Shown: one piece after another, positions 33,568-43,407 of the stretch
Numbering within the stretch: position 1 is the stretch's first letter
Layout of the letters: each line of letters opens with the position of its first letter
Source of the DNA: Vulcanimicrobiota bacterium
GTDB taxonomy: Bacteria > Vulcanimicrobiota > Vulcanimicrobiia > Vulcanimicrobiales > Vulcanimicrobiaceae
Direction: 5' to 3'
DNA: 64,000 nucleotides
NCBI GenBank assembly: GCA_963820825.1
Contig: CAWGBN010000001.1
Location: 1-64,000 of the forward strand
Program-made: the position numbers and the translations under genes
Notes under the pieces: model-generated
What the model saw: only the letters and a program-made list of their open reading frames with translations
Told to the model about the DNA's origin: nothing
Databases searched by the model: none

Positions 33568-34189
33568 ATGGTGAAAGCCCCCAGTTTTTTTGCAGCCGCG
33601 CTGACCGGCACCGCCGCCGGCATCGTTCTCTTCCTCGCGAACTCTCCCGGCGCAGCGTCCGGCAGCCGCCGCGACACCGCCGCCGACGCCGCCGCCGATC
33701 GGCACGCCGTCGACGCCGGCACCGAATAGCGATCTCGCACTCCCGGCGGTCACGCCCTCGCCGGCACCCGGCGCGTCGGCCACCGCGCCTAAGTCGAGAC
33801 CGGCCGCCCCCGCCGATGCCCGCAAGGGACTCAACGGGGTCTGGGAGGTGCAGATCCAGCGTCCAAGTGCAACGGATTACACGCACTTTCAGTTGTCGCA
33901 GGACGGCGGCGCCCTAACCGGTGTCTACCTCGACACGCACGGAAAGAAGTATCCGCTCTCCGGCTCCGTCGACGGCCAAGCGATTCGACTGATCGTGACG
34001 CTGCCGGGCGGAACGACGCTCTTACTCGAGGGCAGACTCGACGGTACAACCGACATGGTCGGAATGCTCACCGCACCCGACGGGCAAGTGCCGTTTACCG
34101 CCGCCTATCGCGCGAAAGAGAAGTGGATCGAGAACGTCAATCCCTCACCGGGCGGCATCCCGCAACCCGGCTCGTACACGCCCCCCTAA
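33568..34189 (+). CDS. secreted Pro-rich hypothetical protein, frameshift near 33660
   Basis: Signal peptide from ATG 33568; P/T linker and beta-rich domain (GVWEVQIQ..LSQDGGALTG) in the frame of ORF 33848..34189. Confidence 0.6.
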
Positions 34190-34192
34190 CGC

Positions 34193-34699
34193 TCACGTCG
34201 CTCTTGCTAGGCGCGCCTCGACGTACGGGACGAGGCCGCCGGCGTCGATGAGCGCGCGCATGAACGGCGGGAACTCGGCCGCACGATACTCCGTTCCGCG
34301 CGTGAGGTTGCGAACGATCCCGCTGGCCGGCTCGAGCTCGATCTCGTCGCCGGATTCGATTCCCTCCACCGCTTCGGCCGATTCGAAGATCGGCAGGCCG
34401 ATGTTGAGCGCGTTACGATAGAAGATTCGCGCGAAGCTCTTTGCGACGACCGCCGCCGTTCCGGAGGCCTTGATCGCAATCGGCGCTACTTCGCGGCTCG
34501 AGCCGCAGCCGAAGTTCGTATCGGCGACGATAATATCGCCCGGCTTCATGCGCGTCGCGTACTCGGGATCGAGCCCCTCGAGCGCGTGCTTCCCGAGCTC
34601 GGCGTGATCGATGATGTTGCAGTATTTGCCGGGTATGATAACGTCGGTATCGACGTTCTTTCCGTACTTGTGGGCGTGACCGCGCAGCGTCGATTCCAT
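34193..34699 (-). CDS. leuD: 3-isopropylmalate dehydratase small subunit (LeuD/HacB family)
   Basis: NVDTDVIIP, NFGCGSSRE, SFARIFYRN. Confidence 0.88.
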   Translation of the reverse strand: MESTLRGHAHKYGKNVDTDVIIPGKYCNIIDHAELGKHALEGLDPEYATRMKPGDIIVADTNFGCGSSREVAPIAIKASGTAAVVAKSFARIFYRNALNIGLPIFESAEAVEGIESGDEIELEPASGIVRNLTRGTEYRAAEFPPFMRALIDAGGLVPYVEARLARAT

Positions 34700-35983
34700 T
34701 TACACCGCCACCATTTCCGCGACGCGCGGATCGGTGATCCGGCCGGTGAGCGCCGAGGCGGCGCACGTCGCCGGCGAGGCGAGATAGATCTCGGCCTTCG
34801 GTGACCCCATGCGCCCCACGTAGTTGCGGTTCGTGGTCGAGATCGCGCGCTCGCCGTCGCCGAGCGTTCCCATGTGTCCGCCAAAACAGGCGCCGCAGCC
34901 CGGCGTGTTGACCGCGCATCCCGCCGCCGCCAGCGCCGTGAGCACGCCCTCTTGCGCCGCTTGCATCCAGACCTTCTGTGAGCCGGGATTGACGATCACG
35001 CGCAGATTCGGGGCGATCCGCTTGCCATCGAGGATCTTCGCAACGATGCGCAGGTCGTCGATGTAGCCGTTGGTGCAGGAGCCGATAAAGACTTGATCGA
35101 CCGGCAGATCCCTACCCGCAACTTCGGAGATCGGGTGGACGTTATCGGGCGTGTGCGGACAGGCGATTTGCGGCTCGAGGTCGCCGATGTCGATCGAGAT
35201 CGTGCGTTCGTAGACCGCGTCGTCGTCGGCCCGCTCGACGACGAACGGGCGGTCCGTTCGCTCCTTGACGTATGCGATCGTCTTGGCATCGGCGTGGAAG
35301 ATGCCGTTCTTGGCTCCCGCTTCGATCGCCATGTTGGCCATCGTGATCCGGCCGGTAATCGAGAGCTCGTCGACGGTCGAACCGTGATACTCGATCGCGC
35401 GATACGTCGCGCCGTCGATTCCCAACTCGCCGACGGTGCGGAGCATGATGTCCTTTGCGAAGACCATCGGACCGGGCGTGCCGGTGTAAACGATCTTGAT
35501 CGAAGCCGGAACCTTGAGCCAGACTTCGCCGAGAACGAACGCCGCGGCGATGTCGGTCGAGCCCATTCCGGTCGCGAACGCGCCGAAGGCGCCGTAGGTG
35601 CAGGTGTGCGAGTCGCCCCCGACGATCAGCTCTCCGGGCGCAACGAGTCCCTCCTCGGGGAGCACCACGTGCTCGATGCCGCCGCGTCCCACGTCGAAGA
35701 AATGCTCGACGCCTTGCTCGTTGGCAAAGTCTTTCATCAGTCGAGCGAGGCCGGCGGATTGCGCGTCCTTCGCCGGAACGAAGTGGTCGGCGACCAGGGC
35801 GATCTTGCTTGGATCGAAGACGCGCGAAGCGCCTTTCATCTTTCGCATCACGCCGATCGCGACGGCGGCGGAGAGCTCGTTGGCCAACACGAGATCGACT
35901 TTCGCATTGATGATCTGCCCGGGTTCGACGCCCGCGAGGCCGGCGTGGCGTGCCAGGATCTTTTCGGTGAGTGTCATGCCCAT
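34700..35983 (-). CDS. leuC: 3-isopropylmalate dehydratase large subunit (LeuC/HacA family)
   Basis: GMTLTEKIL, DSHTCT, IGSCTNG, PGCGAC, STTNRNY; substrate specificity not provable from sequence. Confidence 0.88.
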   Translation of the reverse strand: MGMTLTEKILARHAGLAGVEPGQIINAKVDLVLANELSAAVAIGVMRKMKGASRVFDPSKIALVADHFVPAKDAQSAGLARLMKDFANEQGVEHFFDVGRGGIEHVVLPEEGLVAPGELIVGGDSHTCTYGAFGAFATGMGSTDIAAAFVLGEVWLKVPASIKIVYTGTPGPMVFAKDIMLRTVGELGIDGATYRAIEYHGSTVDELSITGRITMANMAIEAGAKNGIFHADAKTIAYVKERTDRPFVVERADDDAVYERTISIDIGDLEPQIACPHTPDNVHPISEVAGRDLPVDQVFIGSCTNGYIDDLRIVAKILDGKRIAPNLRVIVNPGSQKVWMQAAQEGVLTALAAAGCAVNTPGCGACFGGHMGTLGDGERAISTTNRNYVGRMGSPKAEIYLASPATCAASALTGRITDPRVAEMVAV

Positions 35984-36021
35984 GATACGAACATTATAGG
36001 GCGAAGTAAGGGCCCCTACCG

Positions 36022-37266
36022 ATGATAGAGCACGACCGGGAATTCGGCTTCGCAACGCGAGCGCTCCACGCCGGTACGCCGCCCGACCCGGCGACCGGAT
36101 CGCGTGCCGTACCGATCTACCAAACGGCCGCGTACGTTTTCAGCTCGACCGAGCAGGCGGCGGAGCTCTTCGCATTGCGCAGCTACGGACACATCTACAG
36201 CCGCATCAGCAATCCAACCGTCGCCGCATTCGAAGAACGCATGGCGAGCCTCGAAGGGGGGCTCGGGGCGGTTGCCTTCTCGAGCGGCCTGGCGACGCAG
36301 CTCTGCATGATCCTGGCTCTCGCCGAGGCCGGCGACCATATCGTCTGCACGCAGAACGTCTACGGCGGCACCGTTACACAGCTCAGCGTTACGGTGAAGC
36401 GCATGGGGATCGCGACGACGTTCGTTCCGGCCGAGGATCTCGACGCGGTGTGCGATGCGATCCGGCCCGAGACGAAGATGCTCTTCGTCGAAACGATCGG
36501 CAATCCGTCGGGCGTCGTCGCCGATCTGCGCGCTTTCGCGTCGCTCGCACACGACGCCGGGATACCGCTCGCCGTCGACAATACCTTTGCAACCCCGTAC
36601 CTCTGCCGGCCGATCGAGCACGGCGCGGATATCGTCGTGCACTCGGCGACGAAATTCATCAACGGTCATGGAACGGCGATCGGCGGCGTGCTGATCGAGT
36701 CGGGAACCTTTCCGTGGGGAGAGGGACGCTTTCCGCTTCTCTCCGAGCCGAGCCCGGGATATCACGAGAAAGTCTTCACCGAAACGTTCGGCGAGTATGC
36801 GTTCCTGATGCGCGCGCGCGCGGAAGTCTTACGCGACGTTGGCGCGCAGATGGCGCCAATGGACGCGTGGCTGCTCCTTCTCGGCCTCGAGACGCTGGCG
36901 CTGCGCATGGAACGTCACGTGCAGAACGCGCGCGCCATCGCTGCGTTTCTGCAGGCTCGGCCTGAAGTCGCTTGGGTGCGGACGCCGGAGCTCGGATCGA
37001 TCTTTACCTTCGGACTGCGCGGCGGGCGCGACGCCGCGCGACGTTTCATCGATGCACTCGAACTTTGGAGTCATCTCGCCAACGTGGGCGATTCCAAGAG
37101 TCTGGTCATCCATCCGGCCTCGACGACCCACTCCCAGCTCTCCGACGACGAGCTTCGCAAGGCCGGCGTCGAGCCCGAATCGGTTCGCCTCTCCGTCGGA
37201 CTCGAAGAGGTCGACGATCTTACTTGGGACTTGGGCAACGCGCTGGAACGATCCCAGCGACGATGA
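36022..37266 (+). CDS. metY: O-acetylhomoserine/O-acetylserine sulfhydrylase
   Basis: AVPIYQT, YSRISNPT, HSATKFINGHG, LANVGDSKSLVIHPASTTHSQL. Confidence 0.9.
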   Translation: MIEHDREFGFATRALHAGTPPDPATGSRAVPIYQTAAYVFSSTEQAAELFALRSYGHIYSRISNPTVAAFEERMASLEGGLGAVAFSSGLATQLCMILALAEAGDHIVCTQNVYGGTVTQLSVTVKRMGIATTFVPAEDLDAVCDAIRPETKMLFVETIGNPSGVVADLRAFASLAHDAGIPLAVDNTFATPYLCRPIEHGADIVVHSATKFINGHGTAIGGVLIESGTFPWGEGRFPLLSEPSPGYHEKVFTETFGEYAFLMRARAEVLRDVGAQMAPMDAWLLLLGLETLALRMERHVQNARAIAAFLQARPEVAWVRTPELGSIFTFGLRGGRDAARRFIDALELWSHLANVGDSKSLVIHPASTTHSQLSDDELRKAGVEPESVRLSVGLEEVDDLTWDLGNALERSQRR

Positions 37267-37769
37267 TTCTTACGACGCCCGCCGCGCGCCGCGAGCTGTT
37301 ATCGCAAGCGCGCACGATTGCCGTGGTCGGCGCATCGGCCAATCCGCTGCGTCCGAGCTACACGGTCTTCTCCTATCTTCGCCGGCAACCCGAGTACGAG
37401 GTGACGCCGATCAACCCCACGCTCGACGCGATCGACGGCCTCGCCGCTTTTCCGTCCCTGAGTGCGTACGCGGCAGCGCACGGCGCTCCCGATGTCGTCG
37501 ACGTCTTTCGCCGGCCGAGCGAACTCCTCGCCATCGTCAACGAAGCGATCGCGATCGGCGCAAAGGCGATCTGGCTTCAATACGGCGTGGTCAACGACGA
37601 GGCGATTGGCCTCGCCGACCGCGCCGGGATGGACGTCGTCGTCGATCGCTGCATGAAGGTCGAGCACGCGCGATTCAACGGCGGACTCTCGATCAGCGGC
37701 CTGAACAGCGGTATCATCACGTCGCGTTGGAGGCCTAACAGCGGGCGGTCTAGGGAGAATGCGCCGTAG
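37263..37769 (+). CDS. CoA-binding protein (YccU-like)
   Basis: IAVVGASANPLRPS, PDVVDVFRR, IWLQYG, VVDRCMKVEH; ATGA overlap with metY. Confidence 0.9.
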   Translation: MILTTPAARRELLSQARTIAVVGASANPLRPSYTVFSYLRRQPEYEVTPINPTLDAIDGLAAFPSLSAYAAAHGAPDVVDVFRRPSELLAIVNEAIAIGAKAIWLQYGVVNDEAIGLADRAGMDVVVDRCMKVEHARFNGGLSISGLNSGIITSRWRPNSGRSRENAP

Positions 37770-37839
37770 GACTTTCGTGATCCGTTCGCGCTGCATCGCG
37801 CCACCGGCGGGGTAGGCAGACTCGTGCCACGAAGGGCGA

Positions 37840-37872
37840 GCCTCGCCCGCGAGTCTTGCCCGCGGGCGAGGC
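37840..37872. terminator. GC-rich hairpin between convergent genes
   Basis: GCCTCGCCCGCG...CGCGGGCGAGGC 12-bp stem; no clear U tract. Confidence 0.4.
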
Positions 37873-37884
37873 GGAAGGAATAAA

Positions 37885-38889
37885 CTACTTCTTCGAGGCC
37901 GGGTCGAGTGCGACTCCGTAAGCGGAGTACGCTTGAATACCTGTCGTTATCGAATACTCGTACGTACCCGCCGGGTACGCGTAGACATCGACGGCGTTGT
38001 TGGTTTGCTCGCTGACGTAAAGATGCTTGTTCTTTGCATCTACCGCACTGTAAACACAAAATGGCTGCGTCGTAATCGTCAGCTTTGGAGCGCCGTCGTA
38101 GGGAGGTGCATAGATTGCGATGTTGTATGTGTTCGTCACGAGCAGATTATCATCACGGTCAAAAGATAGCCCTACGGGGCCGTAAAGCCCCGACAGGGAC
38201 AGTTGCTTGCCGCGCTTGTTCTTTCCGTGCGGGTATTCGATGATGGGTGTTCCTGAGTCAAAGACATCCCCGGATCCATTGACGGCGAGGCCGAAGCCGC
38301 TGCCGTGATACAGGTTAAGCTCGCCGGTCGGTGACGTGGCGCCATTCTTATAAACCTCGATATTTCCCGTACTCGCATTGCCGACGTACACGGTATTGCT
38401 CTTGTTGTCGATAGCAACGGAGCCGACGTCGCCGTTTGGATCAGTCAGCGTGGGTCCGCGTGCTCCGCAATCTGGAGCGAACGTTGCGACATCGTGCGTT
38501 GAATTGTCGTTATACGGAACGTAGAGAATTCGATGCGCATCCACCGCAATGCCGCTCACGCCGCTGTAACGGTCCGGTACATCGCTGCAGCGCGGTCCGT
38601 GATTCTTTTTGTCCGGTACGCCATATTCGGCAACCGTACCCGCGCTAAATTCACCGATGTACAATCCACCCGGCGGTATTACGTCGCCTCGGATGGCGCC
38701 TAAAAGCGGACGAGCGGCGCGTTGCGAGGTTCCCGAGCGCAGTGGAGACTGTTGGCCGCGCTGCGTTCCGAGGGTTGCGAGTCCGCCGATCGGAATCGCT
38801 CCGCCTTGAGAACTGCCACTCGAACAACCCGCTAGCGATATGAGTAATGCCGCCGCGGTCAGCATGCAGCTTCGGTAAGAAATGGTCAT
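37885..38889 (-). CDS. lipoprotein with NHL/beta-propeller-like repeats
   Basis: Lipobox SLAGC; repeated blades GIAVDAHRILYV, VAIDNKSNTVYV, GLAVNGSGDVF, GLSFDRDDNLLV; GAGGAG RBS. Confidence 0.8.
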   Translation of the reverse strand: MTISYRSCMLTAAALLISLAGCSSGSSQGGAIPIGGLATLGTQRGQQSPLRSGTSQRAARPLLGAIRGDVIPPGGLYIGEFSAGTVAEYGVPDKKNHGPRCSDVPDRYSGVSGIAVDAHRILYVPYNDNSTHDVATFAPDCGARGPTLTDPNGDVGSVAIDNKSNTVYVGNASTGNIEVYKNGATSPTGELNLYHGSGFGLAVNGSGDVFDSGTPIIEYPHGKNKRGKQLSLSGLYGPVGLSFDRDDNLLVTNTYNIAIYAPPYDGAPKLTITTQPFCVYSAVDAKNKHLYVSEQTNNAVDVYAYPAGTYEYSITTGIQAYSAYGVALDPASKK

Positions 38890-38969
38890 AGTCGTAACTC
38901 CTCAAGTGAGCTTGGGCGCTAGTGAATAAAAGGCGTAGCCGGGGTAAACTCCGAGCTTCGGCGTAAAAC

Positions 38970-39171
38970 ACGACGCCGACGTCGCACCGGCCGCCGGGCT
39001 TCGTACAGATAAATGTGGCTCCATTTGAAACGCGGGACTTCCAACGAAAACGAGGGTTCCCGACGGCCCGGGGATCCGTGAAGCTCGGCCTTGCGGGGCT
39101 CCGACCGGAAAAGGCGGGCGTTCGGATGAGCGGCGTCCCACGCCCGATTGCGCAAGCGACGTCGGTGTCGT
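38970..39171 (+). ncRNA. candidate ~200-nt structured RNA, family not recognised
   Basis: 16-bp closing stem ACGACGCCGACGTCGC/GCGACGTCGGTGTCGT, 11-bp inner stem GCCGGGCTTCG/TGAAGCTCGGC and further hairpins; G-U pairs favour the + strand. Confidence 0.4.
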
Positions 39172-39380
39172 CCGCGAGCTTCCACCGTAACCGGCGGGGG
39201 CAAATGCGATCGATGCGGCAGGTGCGCCGGCCGGAGGTTTAGAGATACGCATGGTCCGAGTTCTCCTGCAAATCCGATCGAGGGCTTCGGTACTTGATTC
39301 AATCTTGCGCCCGCGGAGGGAATCGTTCCAGGTACACCCGTACAGCTTATCTATACAGTTTGAATACAGCTGGAGGCGCG

Positions 39381-41897
39381 ATGGAAGCGGCCAGTCGCCT
39401 TGACTTCGGCGCACTGCTCCGGCAGTTTCGCCTCGACGCGGGGATGACGCAGCAAACACTCGCCGAACGGGCGAAGCTCAGCGTGGAGGCCGTTGGCGCG
39501 CTCGAGCGTGGGGCACGAACGCGGCCCTATCGGGAGACGGTTGTCCTGCTCGCGCGCGCGCTCGAGCTGTCGTCCGAGCGTGAGGCGCTCCTGGAAAGCA
39601 CGATCGACGCTGCGCATTCGCCGCGGCGGCGGTCTCGCATTGACGCCGTTAAACCGTCACTGTTGAGGATCGTGCGACGCCCCGCGGAGGTGACGCCAGG
39701 GCACAATCTCCCGCAACAGTTGACTTCCTTCATCGGGCGGCAACGCGAGATCGGCGAGGTCACGCGGCTCCTGAAGGAGCATCGGCTCGTGACGATTGTC
39801 GGCGCCGGGGGAGTCGGCAAGACACGCACAGCCGAGCAGATTGCGAGCGGATTGCTCGACGATTATTCCGACGGCGTATGGCTAGTGGATTTGGCCCCCA
39901 TTGCGGATCCAACCCACGTGGCGAGCGCGATCTCGAATGCCCTGCAGCTTCCGCCCACCGCCGGCTCCGCGTTAGATGCTGTCGTCGCCTACCTCAAGGC
40001 GCGCCGCCTCCTGCTGATCTTGGACAGCTGCGAGCATGTGGTCGCTGAGACGCGTGACATTATCGCTGCGATCGTGGCCTCGTGCCCCGCCGTCGGCCTT
40101 CTCGCGACCAGCCGAGAGCCGTCGCGCGTCCCCGGCGAGCAGATCTATCGGTTGCCCTCGCTTACAGCCCCACCCGATTCGTGCCGCAATTCGCGGGATG
40201 CGTTGAGGTACGTGGCGGTGGCGCTGTTTGTCGATCGCGCGTGTGCCGTCGACGCCGGGTTTGTGTTGACCGAGGAAAACGCACAGCCTGTTGCCGAGAT
40301 TTGTCGCCGTCTCGATGGTATTCCGCTCGCGATCGAGCTAGCCGCCGCGCGCGCAAACGTGCTCGCCCCTGCCCAGATTGCCCAGCGCCTCGACCAGCGG
40401 TTCCGCCTGCTCACCGGTGGCGACCCCCGCGCCCTGCCGCGGCACCAGACCATGACGGCCCTTTTCGACTGGAGCTACGACCTGCTGACCCCGCGCGAGC
40501 AGAGGTTCTTTGAGTCGCTCTCGGTTTTCTCCGGTGGTTGTACGCTCGAGGCGGCGACGGCGGTCTGCGCAAGTGAGGGTGAAGATGACATACAAGTGGT
40601 CGACCTCGTCGCATCATTGGTTAAGAAGTCGCTGTTGCTCGCCGAACTGTCCGGCAGCGAGCAACGTTATCGTCTCTTAGAATCGTCGCGCCGTTACGCA
40701 TGGGATAAGTTAGCGATACGCGGCGAGCATGAGCGGGTAGCGCGGCGTCATGCCCTCGTCTATCTGGACCTAGCAGAGCGGCTCGACCGAGCGTGGTGCA
40801 CGATGCCCGAGCAAGCGTGGGATGCGCAGGCGCACATCGAATTGCAGAATTGGCGCGCGGCATTGGACTGGACGCTGACAAGACGCGGCGATATCGTCGT
40901 GGGGCAACGCTTAGCTGCGCAGAGCCCAGTTCGCGACGGCTTCACGTTGGCTGAGGGACGGCGGTGGGTTCGAGCGGCACTCGCTTTAGTCGATGAACGC
41001 GCCGAGCCCGAGGTCGTGGCACGGCTCGAATTGGGCGACGCGTACGTCTCTGCACAGTTCGGTGAACGCAAAGTGTCGTTGGCCGCTGCAGAGCGGGCCC
41101 TGGTGCGGTATCGCGAACTCGGAGACGTACGGCATATCGCTACGGCACAGTACATGGTGGGCTCATCGCTGGCGCTTCTCCAAAAGCCCACCGAGGCCGA
41201 GGCAATGCTGCGAGACGCCTTGGAAACGGCGCGGGCGCAGGGCAATCGTCGGCTGGAGGCTGATGTCCTAAACATAATCGGGTGGGTCCGCTCCGCTGTC
41301 GGTGATTTCGCCGGCGCTCGCGCTTCTCTTATGGAGGCACTCGGCTTAGCGAGGGTAATCGGTGCTGAGTCTTTCGGAGCAAGCGTTATCATAAGCCTTG
41401 CCGAGAACGAATTTGACGCCGGAAACTCAGAAGCGGCGCTGGAGCTCACGGTCGATTTGCTCCAGAATCACGCGCTACACGTCGAGACCGCGGCGATCGC
41501 CCTCGGCAACGTGGCGGCGTACTTGATCGCATTGGAGAGGTACGATGAGGCGCGACTGCGCGCCTATGAGCGGCTCGAAGCCGCCCGTGGCCTTCAGATG
41601 GCGCCGTGTGTCGCACTATCGCTATATCATCTTTCGCTGGTGGCCCTGCTGACGCCCCGAGCCCGAGAGCGAGTTACATTTGGAGCGCGCGCGGGCGCGT
41701 CGCGGCTCTTGGGCTTCTTCGAGGGGCGCCGTACCGAACTCGGAATCACGGTGGAACGCGGTTTGCGGCCACAATACGACCGTGCGCTAGCCCGCCTTCG
41801 AGAGACTATCAGCGCTGATGAACTTGAGAAGTTGATGGCCGGCGGCGCAAGGATGACCGAAGATGATGCCGTCCAGCAAGCGCGCGCCCTGGAGTAG
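39381..41897 (+). CDS. XRE-HTH + STAND ATPase + TPR regulator
   Basis: LRQFRLDAGMTQQTLAERA HTH, NLPQQLTSFIGR, Walker A GAGGVGKT, LLILDSCEH, LDGIPLAIELAA; GGAGG RBS. Confidence 0.92.
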   Translation: MEAASRLDFGALLRQFRLDAGMTQQTLAERAKLSVEAVGALERGARTRPYRETVVLLARALELSSEREALLESTIDAAHSPRRRSRIDAVKPSLLRIVRRPAEVTPGHNLPQQLTSFIGRQREIGEVTRLLKEHRLVTIVGAGGVGKTRTAEQIASGLLDDYSDGVWLVDLAPIADPTHVASAISNALQLPPTAGSALDAVVAYLKARRLLLILDSCEHVVAETRDIIAAIVASCPAVGLLATSREPSRVPGEQIYRLPSLTAPPDSCRNSRDALRYVAVALFVDRACAVDAGFVLTEENAQPVAEICRRLDGIPLAIELAAARANVLAPAQIAQRLDQRFRLLTGGDPRALPRHQTMTALFDWSYDLLTPREQRFFESLSVFSGGCTLEAATAVCASEGEDDIQVVDLVASLVKKSLLLAELSGSEQRYRLLESSRRYAWDKLAIRGEHERVARRHALVYLDLAERLDRAWCTMPEQAWDAQAHIELQNWRAALDWTLTRRGDIVVGQRLAAQSPVRDGFTLAEGRRWVRAALALVDERAEPEVVARLELGDAYVSAQFGERKVSLAAAERALVRYRELGDVRHIATAQYMVGSSLALLQKPTEAEAMLRDALETARAQGNRRLEADVLNIIGWVRSAVGDFAGARASLMEALGLARVIGAESFGASVIISLAENEFDAGNSEAALELTVDLLQNHALHVETAAIALGNVAAYLIALERYDEARLRAYERLEAARGLQMAPCVALSLYHLSLVALLTPRARERVTFGARAGASRLLGFFEGRRTELGITVERGLRPQYDRALARLRETISADELEKLMAGGARMTEDDAVQQARALE

Positions 41898-41899
41898 TA

Positions 41900-42990
41900 T
41901 TAGGCGGGTGTACCTGTTGCGCTGAGCTCTTCCGCGTCGAGCGAGCAACCTCGTAACGAGGCTTCGCGGTCTCGACCGATCAGCACGAGCCCCTCGGCGG
42001 TTTCTATTCCCAGGTCTTCGGTCTGAACCGCGATGCACGACGAGCGATTTGCGAGGTCGACGTGCAGCAGGGCTCCGATCGTGCCGCGCGGGAGCGTCGT
42101 CCGCTCCGGTCCGACGACGCGGGTGCGCAGCCAGGGGGGACCGACGTACGCTTGCGATGCGCCAACACGGTAGTACTGCGAGCTGAGCTCGGTCATCCCG
42201 TATTCGGAGACGACTGCATCGTGCGCTATGCCAAATCGCATGCGAAGGGATTCTTCGAGTTCGCTGGGTTCCACGATGCGGGAGCGACCTTTGAAGCCAC
42301 CGGTCGTCATGATGCGAGATCCCGGCGGCAGCTCGAAAGTCACACCGCGCGCGGCCATCGCGTCGAGCAGATGAACGAGCGCGAAGGTCGTCGCGGCGAT
42401 GCAGACGGCTTCGCGCTCCGTGACCGCGGTGCGAAGGTCGCGCTCGAACGTATCGGCGAGCAACTCGTCGCCGTGCAAATACCAACCCGTCCAGTTGCCA
42501 CCGCGCTCCTTGCCGATTCGGGCCATCATATAGCCGAGTGACGACGAAGCGCGGTCCGCCGGATCGGGCACGAGATTGAAGTACCGCAAGCGTGCATCGC
42601 GCAGCACGAGCCGGTCGAACCCCGCCAACGACGCCGCGTCGTAAAGCATCGTCGTCTGCATGTAGTGCCGCCCGGGCCTGCCGCGCGTCGTTCCGCTCGT
42701 CTCGAAGACCACTGCCGCCGTTGCGGAATCGAACGTCGCAGCGACGCTTCTGCGAACGCCGGCGCCGGGACGGCGGGTATCGCTTCCCACGATGGGGGAG
42801 GCGCAGTGATACCGAGCCGCGCGCAATATCGCTCGTACGGCACGTTATAACGAAGCTGATAGGCGAAGAGGCGGAGGGCGAGGCCGTTAAAAGCCGCGTC
42901 GTCGAAAACCTCGCCGCGCACGTGCCACGCCTCGATAACGCCGAGAATCTCGGCATCGAGCGCCTGCGACTCACTTTCGTAGTCCGACAT
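41900..42990 (-). CDS. LuxE-like acyl-protein synthetase, frameshift near 42745
   Basis: FAYQLRYNVPY, FETSGTT, MTTGGFKGR, EYGMTELSSQ, DLANRSS, LRGCS. Confidence 0.8.
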
Positions 42991-43002
42991 TGCTTGCTAG
43001 TT

Positions 43003-43029
43003 CGTCACCCTTCGACAAGCTCAGGTGAC
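43003..43029. repeat. CGTC-tagged REP-like palindrome (family C)
   Basis: CGTCACCCTTCGACAAGCTCAGGTGAC; the 18-bp core recurs inverted at 51267..51284. Confidence 0.7.
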
Positions 43030-43040
43030 ACCCAAGGCGG

Positions 43041-43394
43041 TTAGTGGACGAGTTCGATTTGCGAGAGTTCGGCGGCGTCGCCCGAGCGGACTCGCGTTTT
43101 GGTGATGCGTGTGTATCCGCCCGTGCGGCCTTTGAGCGCCGGGGCGATCTGTTCGACGAGCTTCTTCACGACGGCCGGCTCGGTGATGAACTCCGCGAGG
43201 TGGCGCCGCGCGGCGAGATCGCCGGCCATCGCCGTAGTGATCAGCCGCTCGGCCACCCGGCTGATCTCCTTCGCCTTTGCCGACGTCGTCTCGATCTTCT
43301 CGTGCTTGAAGAGCGAGGTCGCCAAATTGCGCAGGAGCGCCTTGCGATGGCCGTCCGTTCGGGAGAGTCGTTTATAGGCGATGGAATGCGGCAT
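43041..43394 (-). CDS. rplQ: 50S ribosomal protein L17
   Basis: HRKALLRNL, IETTSAKAKE, GGYTRI. Confidence 0.97.
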   Translation of the reverse strand: MPHSIAYKRLSRTDGHRKALLRNLATSLFKHEKIETTSAKAKEISRVAERLITTAMAGDLAARRHLAEFITEPAVVKKLVEQIAPALKGRTGGYTRITKTRVRSGDAAELSQIELVH

Positions 43395-43407
43395 TCTCGT
43401 TACTTCG

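Noticed and set aside
39180..39260. c-di-GMP-I or cobalamin riboswitch upstream of the lipoprotein
   Set aside because: Only short fragments (AAACCTCCGGCC, GCCCCGCAA) resemble the consensus; the required upstream motifs are missing.
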